This document shows, one piece after another, positions 19,306 to 28,356 of a DNA stretch of 54,639 nucleotides (positions are counted from its first letter, which is position 1; every line of letters starts with the position of its first letter). Under the pieces are notes generated by a model. The model ran no database searches, was not told the DNA's origin, and worked only from the letters and a program-made list of their open reading frames with translations. The position numbers and the translations under genes were made by a program. The stretch comes from Crocinitomicaceae bacterium. Its GTDB lineage: Bacteria; Bacteroidota; Bacteroidia; Flavobacteriales_D; Crocinitomicaceae. The stretch spans positions 1-54,639 of the forward strand of contig JAURHO010000001.1 of assembly GCA_030833265.1 (NCBI GenBank), read 5' to 3'.

Positions 19306-20127
19306 TTAAGCTAAAACGTTAGACTCTATTACTTTATCAAAGAAAGCGGAAAGCTCTTTGCCTTGATGTTCTTCTGAGACGTATGGCATTTTGAGAATGT
19401 TACACTCATCATAGAGTTTTTGAAGCGGTGCATCGAGTGCTTCTACTGCGACATTTACACCGTCGCAATGCGATAAAATCACTTTGGTAATGTTTTCAAA
19501 ACTGCTGTCTTGAAGTGCATCAGCGATATCTTTAGGAAAACCATCGAATGCCAATTTTTCTGCAAAGCGTGGGTCCCAAGGTTCATTGAAGCTATCGTTG
19601 TAAAGGCTGTAAACAACTTTGGTCTCTTTGAAATGCGGATCTTTGTTGAAAATGTGCTTGATGTAAAGCGCCATGATGCCAGTTAGCCAACCATGACAAT
19701 GAATGACATCTGGTTGCCAACCTAGTTTTTTAACTGTTTCGAGTACGCCTCTGCTGAAAAACATAGCGCGCTCGTCGTTGTCTGGGTGGAATTTACCATC
19801 CTCTTCTTGTAAACAAGTTTTACGCTTGAAGTAGTCATCGTTGTCGATGAAGTAGACTTGCATGCGGGCTGCTGAAACAGAAGCCACCTTGATTATAAGT
19901 GGGTGATCGTGGTCATCGATGCTGATGTTGAGCCCCGATAAACGAATCACTTCATGTAATTGATGACGTCTTTCGTTAATTGCACCAAAACGAGGTGTAA
20001 ATACACGGATTTCTTTACCTGCATCTTGAACTGCCTGGGTGATGCGTCTAGCGCTGCCGGAAATTTCAGATTTTGGTAAGAAAGGAAAGATTTCTTGAGA
20101 AATAAATAGGATTTTCTTCTTTTCCAT
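19306..20127 (-). CDS. Half-size glycogen/starch-synthase-like protein (N-terminal GT5 Rossmann half only)
   Basis: 273 aa with the KILFISQEIFPF start resembling the GlgA N terminus. The K-[TV]-GGL motif is absent (it reads LPKSEISGSARRI), and the whole C-terminal GT1 half is missing. Confidence 0.7.
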   Translation of the reverse strand: MEKKKILFISQEIFPFLPKSEISGSARRITQAVQDAGKEIRVFTPRFGAINERRHQLHEVIRLSGLNISIDDHDHPLIIKVASVSAARMQVYFIDNDDYFKRKTCLQEEDGKFHPDNDERAMFFSRGVLETVKKLGWQPDVIHCHGWLTGIMALYIKHIFNKDPHFKETKVVYSLYNDSFNEPWDPRFAEKLAFDGFPKDIADALQDSSFENITKVILSHCDGVNVAVEALDAPLQKLYDECNILKMPYVSEEHQGKELSAFFDKVIESNVLA

Positions 20128-20144
20128 TCAGTTGAATATGCTAG

Positions 20145-20152
20145 CAAAATTA
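20145..20152 (-). promoter_or_regulatory. Bacteroidota -7 promoter motif TAATTTTG for the GlgA-like/DUF4270-like/glmS/dxr unit
   Basis: Plus strand CAAAATTA. 17 nt upstream of ATG 20127 on the minus strand. Confidence 0.45.
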
Positions 20153-20183
20153 CGAATTAATCATGAACTTTCCTAAAAAGCTC

Positions 20184-20191
20184 TAGCTTTG
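20184..20191 (+). promoter_or_regulatory. Bacteroidota -7 promoter motif TAGCTTTG upstream of panC
   Basis: Exact TAnnTTTG match 31 nt upstream of ATG 20223. Divergent partner of the 20145-20152 motif. Confidence 0.45.
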
Positions 20192-20222
20192 TCCGATTCT
20201 AATCAACACTTTAGACGAAGCA

Positions 20223-21074
20223 ATGCAAACCTTTGTTACCCGAGATGAAATTAGCCTTTGGCGAAAGCAACTAGCACAAGACCATAAAAAGTTGGGTTTT
20301 GTGCCTACAATGGGGGCTTTGCATGCTGGGCATTTGTCGCTTGTAGAAAAGGCCGCACAGGAAAATGATATCGTACTCGTTTCCATTTTTGTCAACCCCA
20401 GACAATTCAACCAACAAGCTGACTTGCAGGCTTATCCGCGAACCCTTGAGGCAGATATCGCTTTATTAAACGGGGTTTCTAACGTGGTCATCTTTGCACC
20501 AACCGAAGCAGAAATGTATCCGCAAAACTTGCCTTTTGAACCTATGGACCTCGGTGAAATTGGAAGTATCTTAGAAGGTGAAAAGAGGCCCGGACATTTT
20601 GATGGGGTGGTGCATGTTGTGCATCATTTGTTTGCACTGATTCAACCGCAAAAAGCGTACTTCGGCGAAAAAGATTACCAACAATTAGCCATCATTCGCC
20701 AACTCAATGCGCATTATCAATTCGGCATTGAGATCATTGGCTGTCCTACCAAAAGAGATCCTGATGGCCTAGCCATGAGTAGCCGAAACTTAAGGCTATC
20801 AAGTTCAGAAAGAGCAAACGCATTGTCGATTTCAAGAGCGATTCGTTTTGTTCAAGAAAATGTAGGGTTGCTTTCAATAAATGAGGCAAAAAATGAGGCA
20901 AAAAATATCATTTCACAAGCCGGACTAAAGTTAGATTATCTTGAAATCGTTGATCCGCTAAGCCTAAAAAACCTAAGTAATTGGCAGGCCCAACAGATTT
21001 GTTGTGTGGCTGCTTTTTGCGGAGAAGTAAGACTCATTGACAATATGTTGTGTGAATCGGTTAAATTGACTTAA
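20223..21074 (+). CDS. panC: Pantoate--beta-alanine ligase
   Basis: [15 protein letters not shown] (HxGH), GEKDYQQ and MSSRN motifs. 283 aa. Contains an in-frame 12-nt tandem duplication (NEAK NEAK). Confidence 0.95.
   Translation: MQTFVTRDEISLWRKQLAQDHKKLGFVPTMGALHAGHLSLVEKAAQENDIVLVSIFVNPRQFNQQADLQAYPRTLEADIALLNGVSNVVIFAPTEAEMYPQNLPFEPMDLGEIGSILEGEKRPGHFDGVVHVVHHLFALIQPQKAYFGEKDYQQLAIIRQLNAHYQFGIEIIGCPTKRDPDGLAMSSRNLRLSSSERANALSISRAIRFVQENVGLLSINEAKNEAKNIISQAGLKLDYLEIVDPLSLKNLSNWQAQQICCVAAFCGEVRLIDNMLCESVKLT
20879..20906 (+). repeat. Perfect 12-nt tandem duplication (AAATGAGGCAAA x2 plus AAAT) inside panC
   Basis: Read directly from the sequence. It encodes [11 protein letters not shown], an in-frame 4-aa duplication. 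Confidence 0.9.
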
Positions 21075-21079
21075 TTTTG
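21072..21079 (+). promoter_or_regulatory. TAATTTTG motif overlapping the panC stop, upstream of panD
   Basis: Exact TAnnTTTG match 14 nt upstream of ATG 21094. It may be an internal promoter or a chance match. Confidence 0.3.
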
Positions 21080-21093
21080 CGCCGCTATTTATT

Positions 21094-21444
21094 ATGTACA
21101 TCAACGTCTTAAAATCGAAAATTCATCGTGTGCGTGTAACGCAAGCCGATCTCAACTATATCGGTAGCATCACCATTGATGAAGCGCTCATGGAAGCGGC
21201 CAACCTCATTGAAGGTGAAAAAGTTCAAATCGTAAATATCAATAACGGTGAGCGCTTTGAAACCTACGTAATCAAAGGTGATCGCGCTTCCGGCATGATT
21301 TGCTTGAACGGCCCGGCAGCGCGCAAAGTGGCTATCAATGACATCATCATCATCATCGGATATGCCATGATGGAATTTGAAGAAGCAAAAATTTTCAAAC
21401 CATCTTTGGTTTTTCCTAACGAACAAACTAACTTGCTCTCGTAA
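21094..21444 (+). CDS. panD: Aspartate 1-decarboxylase (pyruvoyl-dependent)
   Basis: [24 protein letters not shown] with the Gly-Ser self-cleavage site. 116 aa. Confidence 0.95.
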   Translation: MYINVLKSKIHRVRVTQADLNYIGSITIDEALMEAANLIEGEKVQIVNINNGERFETYVIKGDRASGMICLNGPAARKVAINDIIIIIGYAMMEFEEAKIFKPSLVFPNEQTNLLS

Positions 21445-21452
21445 TTATTACA

Positions 21453-21971
21453 ATGAGCAAGCGTTTATCAAATCTAAATAACAAAGTTTTAAGCTGGGAT
21501 GACGCCCTGCGTTTGCGCAATATTTGGGCGCTCAAAGGGGAAAGTGTCGCCTTTACCAACGGTTGTTTTGACATCCTTCATTTAGGGCATGTCAGTTATT
21601 TAGCTCAAGCCGCCGACACCGCTCAACACCTTATTGTTGCCATCAACACCGATGCATCAGTCAGAGCGCTCGACAAAGCACCAAACAGACCCATTAACCC
21701 AGAAGCCGCCCGAGCACTCGTGCTTGCATCCTTAAGTTTTGTAGATGCAGTCGTTCTTTTTGAACAAAATACGCCTCTTGAAATCATCGAAAACTTAAAG
21801 CCCGATGTGCTTTTAAAAGGTGCAGACTACGATGCAAATCAAACCGATTCTAGTGCTAAAAACTATATTGTCGGTTCCGATTTCGTGAAATCTTACGGCG
21901 GAAAAGTACAGACCATTCCTTTTGTGGAGGGTTATTCAACGACAGGAATTTTAGCGAAAGGGAAATTTTAG
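21453..21971 (+). CDS. Stand-alone cytidylyltransferase-fold protein, RfaE/HldE domain-II-like (heptose-1-phosphate adenylyltransferase-like)
   Basis: FTNGCFDILHLGHVSYL (CFDxxHxGH) and a C-terminal ...YSTT motif. 172 aa with no kinase domain fused. Confidence 0.75.
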   Translation: MSKRLSNLNNKVLSWDDALRLRNIWALKGESVAFTNGCFDILHLGHVSYLAQAADTAQHLIVAINTDASVRALDKAPNRPINPEAARALVLASLSFVDAVVLFEQNTPLEIIENLKPDVLLKGADYDANQTDSSAKNYIVGSDFVKSYGGKVQTIPFVEGYSTTGILAKGKF

Positions 21972-21974
21972 TCC

Positions 21975-21982
21975 TATCTTTG
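21975..21982 (+). promoter_or_regulatory. Bacteroidota -7 promoter motif TATCTTTG upstream of lysS
   Basis: Exact match 19 nt upstream of ATG 22002. Confidence 0.5.
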
Positions 21983-22001
21983 TGGCTGAAATTGAACAAA
22001 C

Positions 22002-23711
22002 ATGAGCCACCCAGAACTTTCTGAACAAGAAATCCAACGCCGCGAATCGCTTCATAAGCTCCGCGAACTCGGTATTGATCCTTATCCAGCAGCGCTCTAC
22101 CCTGTAGATGCTTTTGCTGCCGAAATCAAAGAAAAGTTTGAAGATGGTAAACAGGTTTGTTTAGCGGGTCGTATGCTCTCGCAACGCATCATGGGTAAGG
22201 CTTCTTTTGCTGAAATCCAAGATGCTTCGGGTCGCATTCAAGTTTATTTCAATCGCGACGAAATTTGTCCGGACGAAGATAAAACGCTCTACAACGAAGT
22301 ATTCAAAAAATTACTCGACCTCGGTGACTTCATCGGTATCAAAGGTCAAGTTTTCAAAACGCAGGTTGGTGAAATCTCCGTGAACGTTACTGAATTTACA
22401 CTTCTCAGTAAATCTTTGCGTCCGTTGCCTTTGCCAAAAACCGACGCAGCAGGCGTAGTACACGACGCCTTCACTGACCCTGAATTGCGCTACAGACAAC
22501 GCTATGTAGACTTAGTCGTGAATCGTCAGGTAAAAGATGTTTTTATCAAAAGAACAAGGCTCTTTAACGCCATGCGTGAGTTCTTCAATCGCGAAGGATA
22601 CATGGAGGTTGAGACCCCAATTTTGCAAGCAATTCCAGGCGGTGCATCGGCTCGTCCGTTTATCACGCATCACAACGCGCTAGATATTCCACTTTACATG
22701 CGTATTGCCAACGAGCTCTATTTAAAGAGGCTTATCGTTGGTGGTTTTGACGGTGTTTATGAATTCTCTAAAAACTTCAGAAATGAAGGGATGGACCGCA
22801 CCCATAACCCTGAATTTACCGCCATGGAAATCTATGTAGCCTACAAAGACTACAACTGGATGATGGACTTCACCGAGCAATTACTCGAACATTGTGCGCT
22901 CGCCGTAAACGGCACAACAATAGCTCAGTTCGGAGAACACACCATTGATTTCAAAGCGCCATACAAAAGAGTCACAATGCGCCAATCGATCATCGATTTC
23001 ACTGGTTTTGATATCAAAGGGAAATCAGAAGAAGAATTGCGTGCAGCAGCTAAATCTATGGGCCTAGAAGTAGACGAAACCATGGGAACAGGCAAGCTCA
23101 TCGACGAAATTTTTGGAGGCAAGTGCGAAGGAAATTATATCCAACCTACTTTCATCACTGACTATCCAAAAGAAATGTCACCACTTTGCAAAGTACATCG
23201 CGATGACCCAACACTGACTGAACGTTTTGAACTGATGGTCTGCGGAAAAGAGGTGGCCAATGCCTACTCTGAGCTCAACGACCCAATTGACCAGCGCGAA
23301 CGCTTTGAAGAACAACTCAAATTACAAGAACGCGGAGATGACGAAGCCATGTTCATCGATCAAGATTTCTTGCGCTCGCTCGAATACGGGATGCCGCCAA
23401 CAAGTGGTTTGGGCATTGGCATGGACCGCCTTATCATGTACCTCACCAACAATCCTTCCATTCAAGAAGTATTGTTTTTCCCACAAATGCGACCAGAGAA
23501 GTCGGCCCCAAAAGTTGTCTTGAACGATACTGAGAAAGAAATCTATCAAAAGATCCAAGCCGAAAAACAACTTTTACTAGGCGAACTGCGGGCTGCTTTT
23601 GAGATCAGTAATAAACTCTGGGATACCTCCATTAAAACCTTAACTAAAAATAATTTAGTGAGTGTTTTCAAAGACGGAGAGCTGCTATTAGTGAAGCTTA
23701 TTGAAGAATAG
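22002..23711 (+). CDS. lysS: Lysine--tRNA ligase (class II) with ~70-aa C-terminal extension
   Basis: OB anticodon-binding domain, FRNEGMD and class II motifs 1-3 (GLGIGMDRL). It extends ~70 aa beyond FFPQMR, which I recall as common in Bacteroidota LysRS. A TATCTTTG motif lies at 21975-21982. Confidence 0.96.
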   Translation: MSHPELSEQEIQRRESLHKLRELGIDPYPAALYPVDAFAAEIKEKFEDGKQVCLAGRMLSQRIMGKASFAEIQDASGRIQVYFNRDEICPDEDKTLYNEVFKKLLDLGDFIGIKGQVFKTQVGEISVNVTEFTLLSKSLRPLPLPKTDAAGVVHDAFTDPELRYRQRYVDLVVNRQVKDVFIKRTRLFNAMREFFNREGYMEVETPILQAIPGGASARPFITHHNALDIPLYMRIANELYLKRLIVGGFDGVYEFSKNFRNEGMDRTHNPEFTAMEIYVAYKDYNWMMDFTEQLLEHCALAVNGTTIAQFGEHTIDFKAPYKRVTMRQSIIDFTGFDIKGKSEEELRAAAKSMGLEVDETMGTGKLIDEIFGGKCEGNYIQPTFITDYPKEMSPLCKVHRDDPTLTERFELMVCGKEVANAYSELNDPIDQRERFEEQLKLQERGDDEAMFIDQDFLRSLEYGMPPTSGLGIGMDRLIMYLTNNPSIQEVLFFPQMRPEKSAPKVVLNDTEKEIYQKIQAEKQLLLGELRAAFEISNKLWDTSIKTLTKNNLVSVFKDGELLLVKLIEE

Positions 23712-23792
23712 GCCCTTCTTAAATTCGAAGAATAAAAAGGTTCAGATTTACAGAAAAGCCTCTAGCTCCGCAAAAATACTGCGGATTAACGC

Positions 23793-24335
23793 TTAGATAT
23801 ATCTTTTAACAAATTCCCACATCACAATGCCGGCACAAACGCTCACATTTAAACTGTGTTTGGTGCCGAATTGTGGGATTTCAATGATATGATCTGCCAC
23901 ATCAAGCGCGCGCTGATCCACGCCATCTACTTCATTGCCAAAAACCAAAGCAAAACCTTTGGCTTCTATTCTATGGACATCTTGCAACAAAGTGGTTTGC
24001 ACGGCTTGTTCCACAACACCAATTTGATACCCTTTGTTGCGTTGCTTTTCGAGCGCGGTCATTAGGTCTGGTTCGTAAGTCCATTTCACGGTTTCGGTGG
24101 CGCCGAGCGCGGTTTTGTGTATCTCGCGATGAGGCGGCTGTGCAGTAATGCCACAAAGAATAATTTGCTCAATATTAAAAGCATCGGCTGTTCTGAAGAA
24201 AGCGCCAATGTTGTTGAGTGACCGAATGCTGTCTAGGACCAAGACAATAGGGAATTTGGGCTGCGCCTTGAATTGTGCTTCGTCGAGGCGGTCGAGTTCC
24301 CAAAGTTTGAGTTTTTTAGTGCTTTTTTCGCTCAT
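23793..24335 (-). CDS. SpoU/TrmH-family RNA 2'-O-methyltransferase
   Basis: NIGAFFRTADAF, LVFGNEVDGV and IPQFGTKHSLNVSVCAGIVMWE are SpoU motifs 1-3. The start is trimmed to ATG 24335 (MSEKST...). The listed 24509 start would overlap mutS and run through a TATTTTTG -7 motif at 24344-24351. Confidence 0.85.
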   Translation of the reverse strand: MSEKSTKKLKLWELDRLDEAQFKAQPKFPIVLVLDSIRSLNNIGAFFRTADAFNIEQIILCGITAQPPHREIHKTALGATETVKWTYEPDLMTALEKQRNKGYQIGVVEQAVQTTLLQDVHRIEAKGFALVFGNEVDGVDQRALDVADHIIEIPQFGTKHSLNVSVCAGIVMWEFVKRYI

Positions 24336-24343
24336 GAATAGCT

Positions 24344-24351
24344 CAAAAATA
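24344..24351 (-). promoter_or_regulatory. Bacteroidota -7 promoter motif TATTTTTG upstream of the TrmH-family gene
   Basis: Plus strand CAAAAATA. 8 nt upstream of ATG 24335, implying a very short leader. Confidence 0.4.
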
Positions 24352-24423
24352 CTGTAAAATTGTGGAAAAGTAGGCTCAGAAGCTGCTTCAAAAACGGCTA
24401 TCTTTAACTTCTCAATTACACGC

Positions 24424-27042
24424 GTGGCAAAAAACACTACAGAGAAGAGCAGCGAAACACCCTTGATGAAGCAATACAACCAAATCAAGGCCAGACACCC
24501 TGAGGCCATGTTGCTTTTTAGGGTCGGTGACTTCTATGAAACATTTGGTGAAGACGCCATTAAGGCCAGTCGTATCCTCGGTATCATCCTGACAAAAAGA
24601 AAAAACGGTGCTGCTGCCGAAATGGAACTTGCCGGTTTTCCGCACCATTCCCTAGAAACCTATCTTCCAAAATTAGTTCGGGCCGGACAACGGGTAGCCA
24701 TCTGTGACCAACTCGAAGACCCGAAAATGACCAAAACCATTGTCAAGCGTGGGGTTACCGAACTCGTTACACCGGGCGTCTCTTTCAATGACCAAGTCCT
24801 AGAACAACGCACCAATAACTTTTTGTGTGCTCTCCACCTTGAAAAAACAGAAGTAGGCTGCGCCTTTTTGGATATTTCTACCGGTGAGTTTTTAGTGGCA
24901 CAAGGGCCTGCAAACTACATCGATAAACTCATCAGTGGCTTCAAACCTGCTGAAATCATTTTTGCAAAAAGCCAAACCAGTCGGGTTCATGAACTCTTCG
25001 GAAACGATGCTTTTCATTTCCGAATTGAAGATTGGGTCTTTAGTTCAGATTTTGCCAACGAACAACTCAACAAACATTTTGGGACGCAATCTTTAAAAGG
25101 GTTTGGTCTTGATGACCAAGCACTTGCCATAATTGCAGCCGGGGCTGTGTTTCATTATTTGTCTGAAAATCAACAACAACAACTAGGGCACATCACCAAC
25201 CTGGCCCGAATTGCACCCGATCATTATGTTTGGCTCGATCGTTTTACTGTCCGCAACCTAGAACTCATTTATTCCGCGCACGAAAATGCAGTTACGCTTT
25301 TCAATATCCTCGACCACACCCGAACCCCAATGGGCGGTCGCTTATTGAAGCGTTGGCTGGTATTGCCACTCAAAGAACGCGCGCCAATTGAAGAACGCCT
25401 TCAAATCGTATCGGCGCTTAAAGAAGCCACCCCGATTCATCCAGAACTCGATGACCGCCTTCGCGAAATCGGAGACCTCGAAAGACTCATTTCAAAAGTG
25501 GCCGTAGGGCGCATCAACCCAAGAGAAGTACAGCACCTCAAAAGGACTTTGCTGCACATTCAACCCATTACGCAAATGCTCGAAGGGCTTCAACAAAAAG
25601 GACTTCGATCGCTATTACAAAATCTAGACGCGTGTCAGGCGCTGATCAATCTCATCGACGAAAATCTCACCGATGAGCCCGCTGTTCAAATTGGAAAAGG
25701 TGCCGTTATTAAAACAGGCCGCGACCAACAACTCGACGAACTCCGTGAAATTTCTTTAAACGGGAAAGAATACCTTGAAAAAATTCAAGAAAGGGAAGCG
25801 GCCGCAACTGGCATTCCAAGTCTTAAAATCGCCTTCAACAATGTCTTTGGTTACTACATTGAAGTGCGTAATACACACAAAGACAAGGTTCCTGAAACCT
25901 GGATACGCAAGCAAACACTCGTTTCTGCTGAGCGCTACATCACCGAAGAACTCAAAGAATACGAGCAAAAAATCTTAGGTGCCGAAGAAAAACTACTTGC
26001 TATCGAACAACAGCTCTATCAGCAGCTGGTTTTTGCGATGTCCGATTTCATTGGCCCCATTCAAAATAATGCCAAGCAATTGGCCAAACTCGACTGCCTG
26101 TTTTCATTTGCAAAAGTGGCCATCAGCAACAATTACTGTGAACCGCAGCTTACAGATGAACTCCAAATTGACATCAAAGAAGGGCGCCACCCTGTGATTG
26201 AAAAAAGATTACCTATCGGAGAAAGCTACGTAGCCAACGACATTTTCCTAGACAACGCAACTCAGCAAATCATCATGATTACCGGGCCCAACATGAGTGG
26301 TAAAAGTGCCATTCTCAGACAAACAGCCCTGATTGTCTTGATGGCGCAAATGGGAAGTTTTGTTCCGGCCACCTTCGCACAAATTGGCATTGTTGACAAA
26401 ATTTTTACCCGAGTAGGTGCATCAGACAACATCTCATCTGGTGAGTCTACCTTCATGGTGGAAATGAATGAAACAGCCAGTATCCTCAATAATGTTTCTG
26501 AAAGAAGCCTGATTTTACTTGATGAAATTGGTCGTGGAACCAGTACTTATGACGGCATTTCTATCGCGTGGTCAATTGCTGAATACCTTCACGAAAACCC
26601 TAAAGCACAATGTAAAACCCTTTTTGCCACCCATTACCACGAGCTCAATGAAATGGCCAAAAGATTCACCCGCATTCACAACTTCAATGTGAGCGTGAAA
26701 GAACTTGGTAACCAAGTTTTGTTCTTGCGTAAATTAGTGCCGGGTGGCTCTGCACACTCTTTTGGTATTCATGTAGCAAAGCTAGCGGGCATGCCCAATG
26801 CTGTGGTAAAGCGGGCTGAGGCTGTGCTCAAAGATCTTGAGGCCAGTCATGCCAATGTTGGTGCTAAAACCAAACCAGATACTTCTAGTATCCAACAAGA
26901 TGTCCAATTGAGTTTCTTTGCGCTCAATGACCCTGTGCTGCAGCAAATACATGACGAACTGGTGCAAACCGATATCAATGCATTAACACCCGTTGAAGCC
27001 TTACTCAAGCTCAATGAAATTAAAAAACTAACCGGTGCTTAA
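24424..27042 (+). CDS. mutS: DNA mismatch repair protein MutS
   Basis: TPLMKQY N terminus, GPNMSGKS Walker [13 protein letters not shown] and a C-terminal HTH-like tail. 872 aa. GTG start; an ATG 14 codons downstream is possible. Confidence 0.96.
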   Translation: MAKNTTEKSSETPLMKQYNQIKARHPEAMLLFRVGDFYETFGEDAIKASRILGIILTKRKNGAAAEMELAGFPHHSLETYLPKLVRAGQRVAICDQLEDPKMTKTIVKRGVTELVTPGVSFNDQVLEQRTNNFLCALHLEKTEVGCAFLDISTGEFLVAQGPANYIDKLISGFKPAEIIFAKSQTSRVHELFGNDAFHFRIEDWVFSSDFANEQLNKHFGTQSLKGFGLDDQALAIIAAGAVFHYLSENQQQQLGHITNLARIAPDHYVWLDRFTVRNLELIYSAHENAVTLFNILDHTRTPMGGRLLKRWLVLPLKERAPIEERLQIVSALKEATPIHPELDDRLREIGDLERLISKVAVGRINPREVQHLKRTLLHIQPITQMLEGLQQKGLRSLLQNLDACQALINLIDENLTDEPAVQIGKGAVIKTGRDQQLDELREISLNGKEYLEKIQEREAAATGIPSLKIAFNNVFGYYIEVRNTHKDKVPETWIRKQTLVSAERYITEELKEYEQKILGAEEKLLAIEQQLYQQLVFAMSDFIGPIQNNAKQLAKLDCLFSFAKVAISNNYCEPQLTDELQIDIKEGRHPVIEKRLPIGESYVANDIFLDNATQQIIMITGPNMSGKSAILRQTALIVLMAQMGSFVPATFAQIGIVDKIFTRVGASDNISSGESTFMVEMNETASILNNVSERSLILLDEIGRGTSTYDGISIAWSIAEYLHENPKAQCKTLFATHYHELNEMAKRFTRIHNFNVSVKELGNQVLFLRKLVPGGSAHSFGIHVAKLAGMPNAVVKRAEAVLKDLEASHANVGAKTKPDTSSIQQDVQLSFFALNDPVLQQIHDELVQTDINALTPVEALLKLNEIKKLTGA

Positions 27043-27889
27043 ATCCTTGTTTTTCTGCATATTGACCCTTGTTTTATTTGCGTGTCAAATAGAAGTCGCC
27101 CAACCAGAAGTCAATAAGGAATTGCGCATTGCAAGTAATTTTATCACTTCTAAACAAGAAAGCTTCTTTCGTGTATGGCAGAAAAAATCGGGTATCAAAA
27201 TCAGTTTTCTACGCCTGAGCCCGCAACAAATTCGTCGGCAAATTAAAAAACAACCCTGGAATCCGGGCTTCGATGTCGTGTGGCTCAACGGGCTTCAAGC
27301 ATATGCAGATCTCAATGGTGCGCCCTTTCAAGCCAGCTATCTTGATTTTGCCCAAATTCCTATCGGGCTTTCTTATGTCCCTGACAGCATTGATCAGGTG
27401 AATAATTTTATTGAGTTGAGCCAAACAAATCTTTGGGCCGCTGCCGATGAGCAGAGCTATGCCCTCTTGAAAGTTCACTTTGCCTATGCTTTTAAAAATA
27501 GATCCAAAAACAAAAAGCAACAAGAGGCCTATCAACAAATCATGAGTGGCCTAAAGGACAGAAAACTGGCTTTCAACGGCGCTGATCAATACCACACCAA
27601 TATGCTGTTGTGCAGATACGATACTTATTTGCAAGAACTCAAACCAGCTGATAAAAAACAGCGCATCCTTTACCCCAAATTCTTCCGCTATTCGGGCGTT
27701 AGCGACCGCAGCACTTTTTCAATTGTCAGACAAGCAAGCAACTATGCAAATGCAAAATTATTCTACGCTTTTCTTAATAAACAGCTCCGTAAGAATGCCA
27801 AATTTTGTCGAAGACTTGGCTACAAAAAAATTGCCCCCACTCAAAAACTCATCTCAAGTCAAGCATTGCTTTCTTTGCTTAAGAAATGA
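27035..27889 (+). CDS. Hypothetical lipoprotein, weakly periplasmic-binding-protein-like
   Basis: Lipobox LVLFAC. Basic 284-aa protein. The GTG start overlaps the mutS stop by 8 nt. An alternating beta-alpha pattern after the lipobox is reminiscent of ABC substrate-binding folds, but there is no diagnostic motif. Confidence 0.45.
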   Translation: MLKSLFFCILTLVLFACQIEVAQPEVNKELRIASNFITSKQESFFRVWQKKSGIKISFLRLSPQQIRRQIKKQPWNPGFDVVWLNGLQAYADLNGAPFQASYLDFAQIPIGLSYVPDSIDQVNNFIELSQTNLWAAADEQSYALLKVHFAYAFKNRSKNKKQQEAYQQIMSGLKDRKLAFNGADQYHTNMLLCRYDTYLQELKPADKKQRILYPKFFRYSGVSDRSTFSIVRQASNYANAKLFYAFLNKQLRKNAKFCRRLGYKKIAPTQKLISSQALLSLLKK

Positions 27890-27922
27890 CACCAAAGTGA
27901 CACTGATTTAAGCACGGTTGCT

Positions 27923-27930
27923 TAATTTTG
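27923..27930 (+). promoter_or_regulatory. Bacteroidota -7 promoter motif TAATTTTG upstream of the bacilliredoxin gene
   Basis: Exact match 12 nt upstream of ATG 27943. Confidence 0.5.
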
Positions 27931-27942
27931 TAAAAAAAAGAT

Positions 27943-28356
27943 ATGTATCCAGCAGAACTTGTTCAACCCATGAAAGAAGACCTAACAAATGTTGGGTTCC
28001 AAGAATTATTATCCGCCTCTGAAGTAGACAACGCTATCAACAATAGCGAAGGAACACTTTTAGTTGTTGTTAATTCCGTTTGCGGCTGTGCTGCAGGCAA
28101 CATGAGACCCGGCGTTAAACTTTCTATTCAGCACGACAAAAAACCAGCGCAATTAACTACAGTTTTTGCTGGTGTTGACCAAGAAGCCGTTGCGCAAGCC
28201 CGCAATTACTTCTTACCTTACCCGCCGTCTTCGCCATCAATTGCATTGTTTAAAGATGGCAAATTGGTGCACTTCCTTGAAAGACACCATATCGAGGGTG
28301 GAAGCGCACAAATGATCGCAGCCAATTTACAGGCAGCCTACGACGAATTTTGTTAA
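27943..28356 (+). CDS. Bacilliredoxin (BrxA/BrxB, YphP/YqiW, DUF1094 family)
   Basis: 137 aa with the MYPAELVQPMKEDLT start, the redox motif VCGCAAG (CGC) and FKDGKLVHFLERHHIEG, all characteristic of the family. A TAATTTTG motif lies at 27923-27930. Confidence 0.85.
   Translation: MYPAELVQPMKEDLTNVGFQELLSASEVDNAINNSEGTLLVVVNSVCGCAAGNMRPGVKLSIQHDKKPAQLTTVFAGVDQEAVAQARNYFLPYPPSSPSIALFKDGKLVHFLERHHIEGGSAQMIAANLQAAYDEFC

Noticed and set aside
21343-21357. The (ATC)x5 microsatellite-like run.
   Set aside because: It simply encodes the Ile-Ile-Ile-Ile-Ile beta-strand of PanD. It is too short to be treated as a repeat feature.
23712-23792. Two small inverted repeats (TTCTT-N7-AAGAA and CCGCA-N7-TGCGG) between convergent lysS and the TrmH-family gene, considered as a bidirectional terminator.
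   Set aside because: The stems are only 5 bp, have large loops and have no flanking T-run. This is too weak to call.
24336-24509. A 58-codon N-terminal extension of the TrmH-family ORF that overlaps the mutS start.
   Set aside because: The extension is hydrophobic and Cys-rich, which is not SpoU-like. It would overlap divergent mutS by 86 nt and runs through the TATTTTTG motif at 24344-24351. ATG 24335 gives a normal 181-aa SpoU protein.
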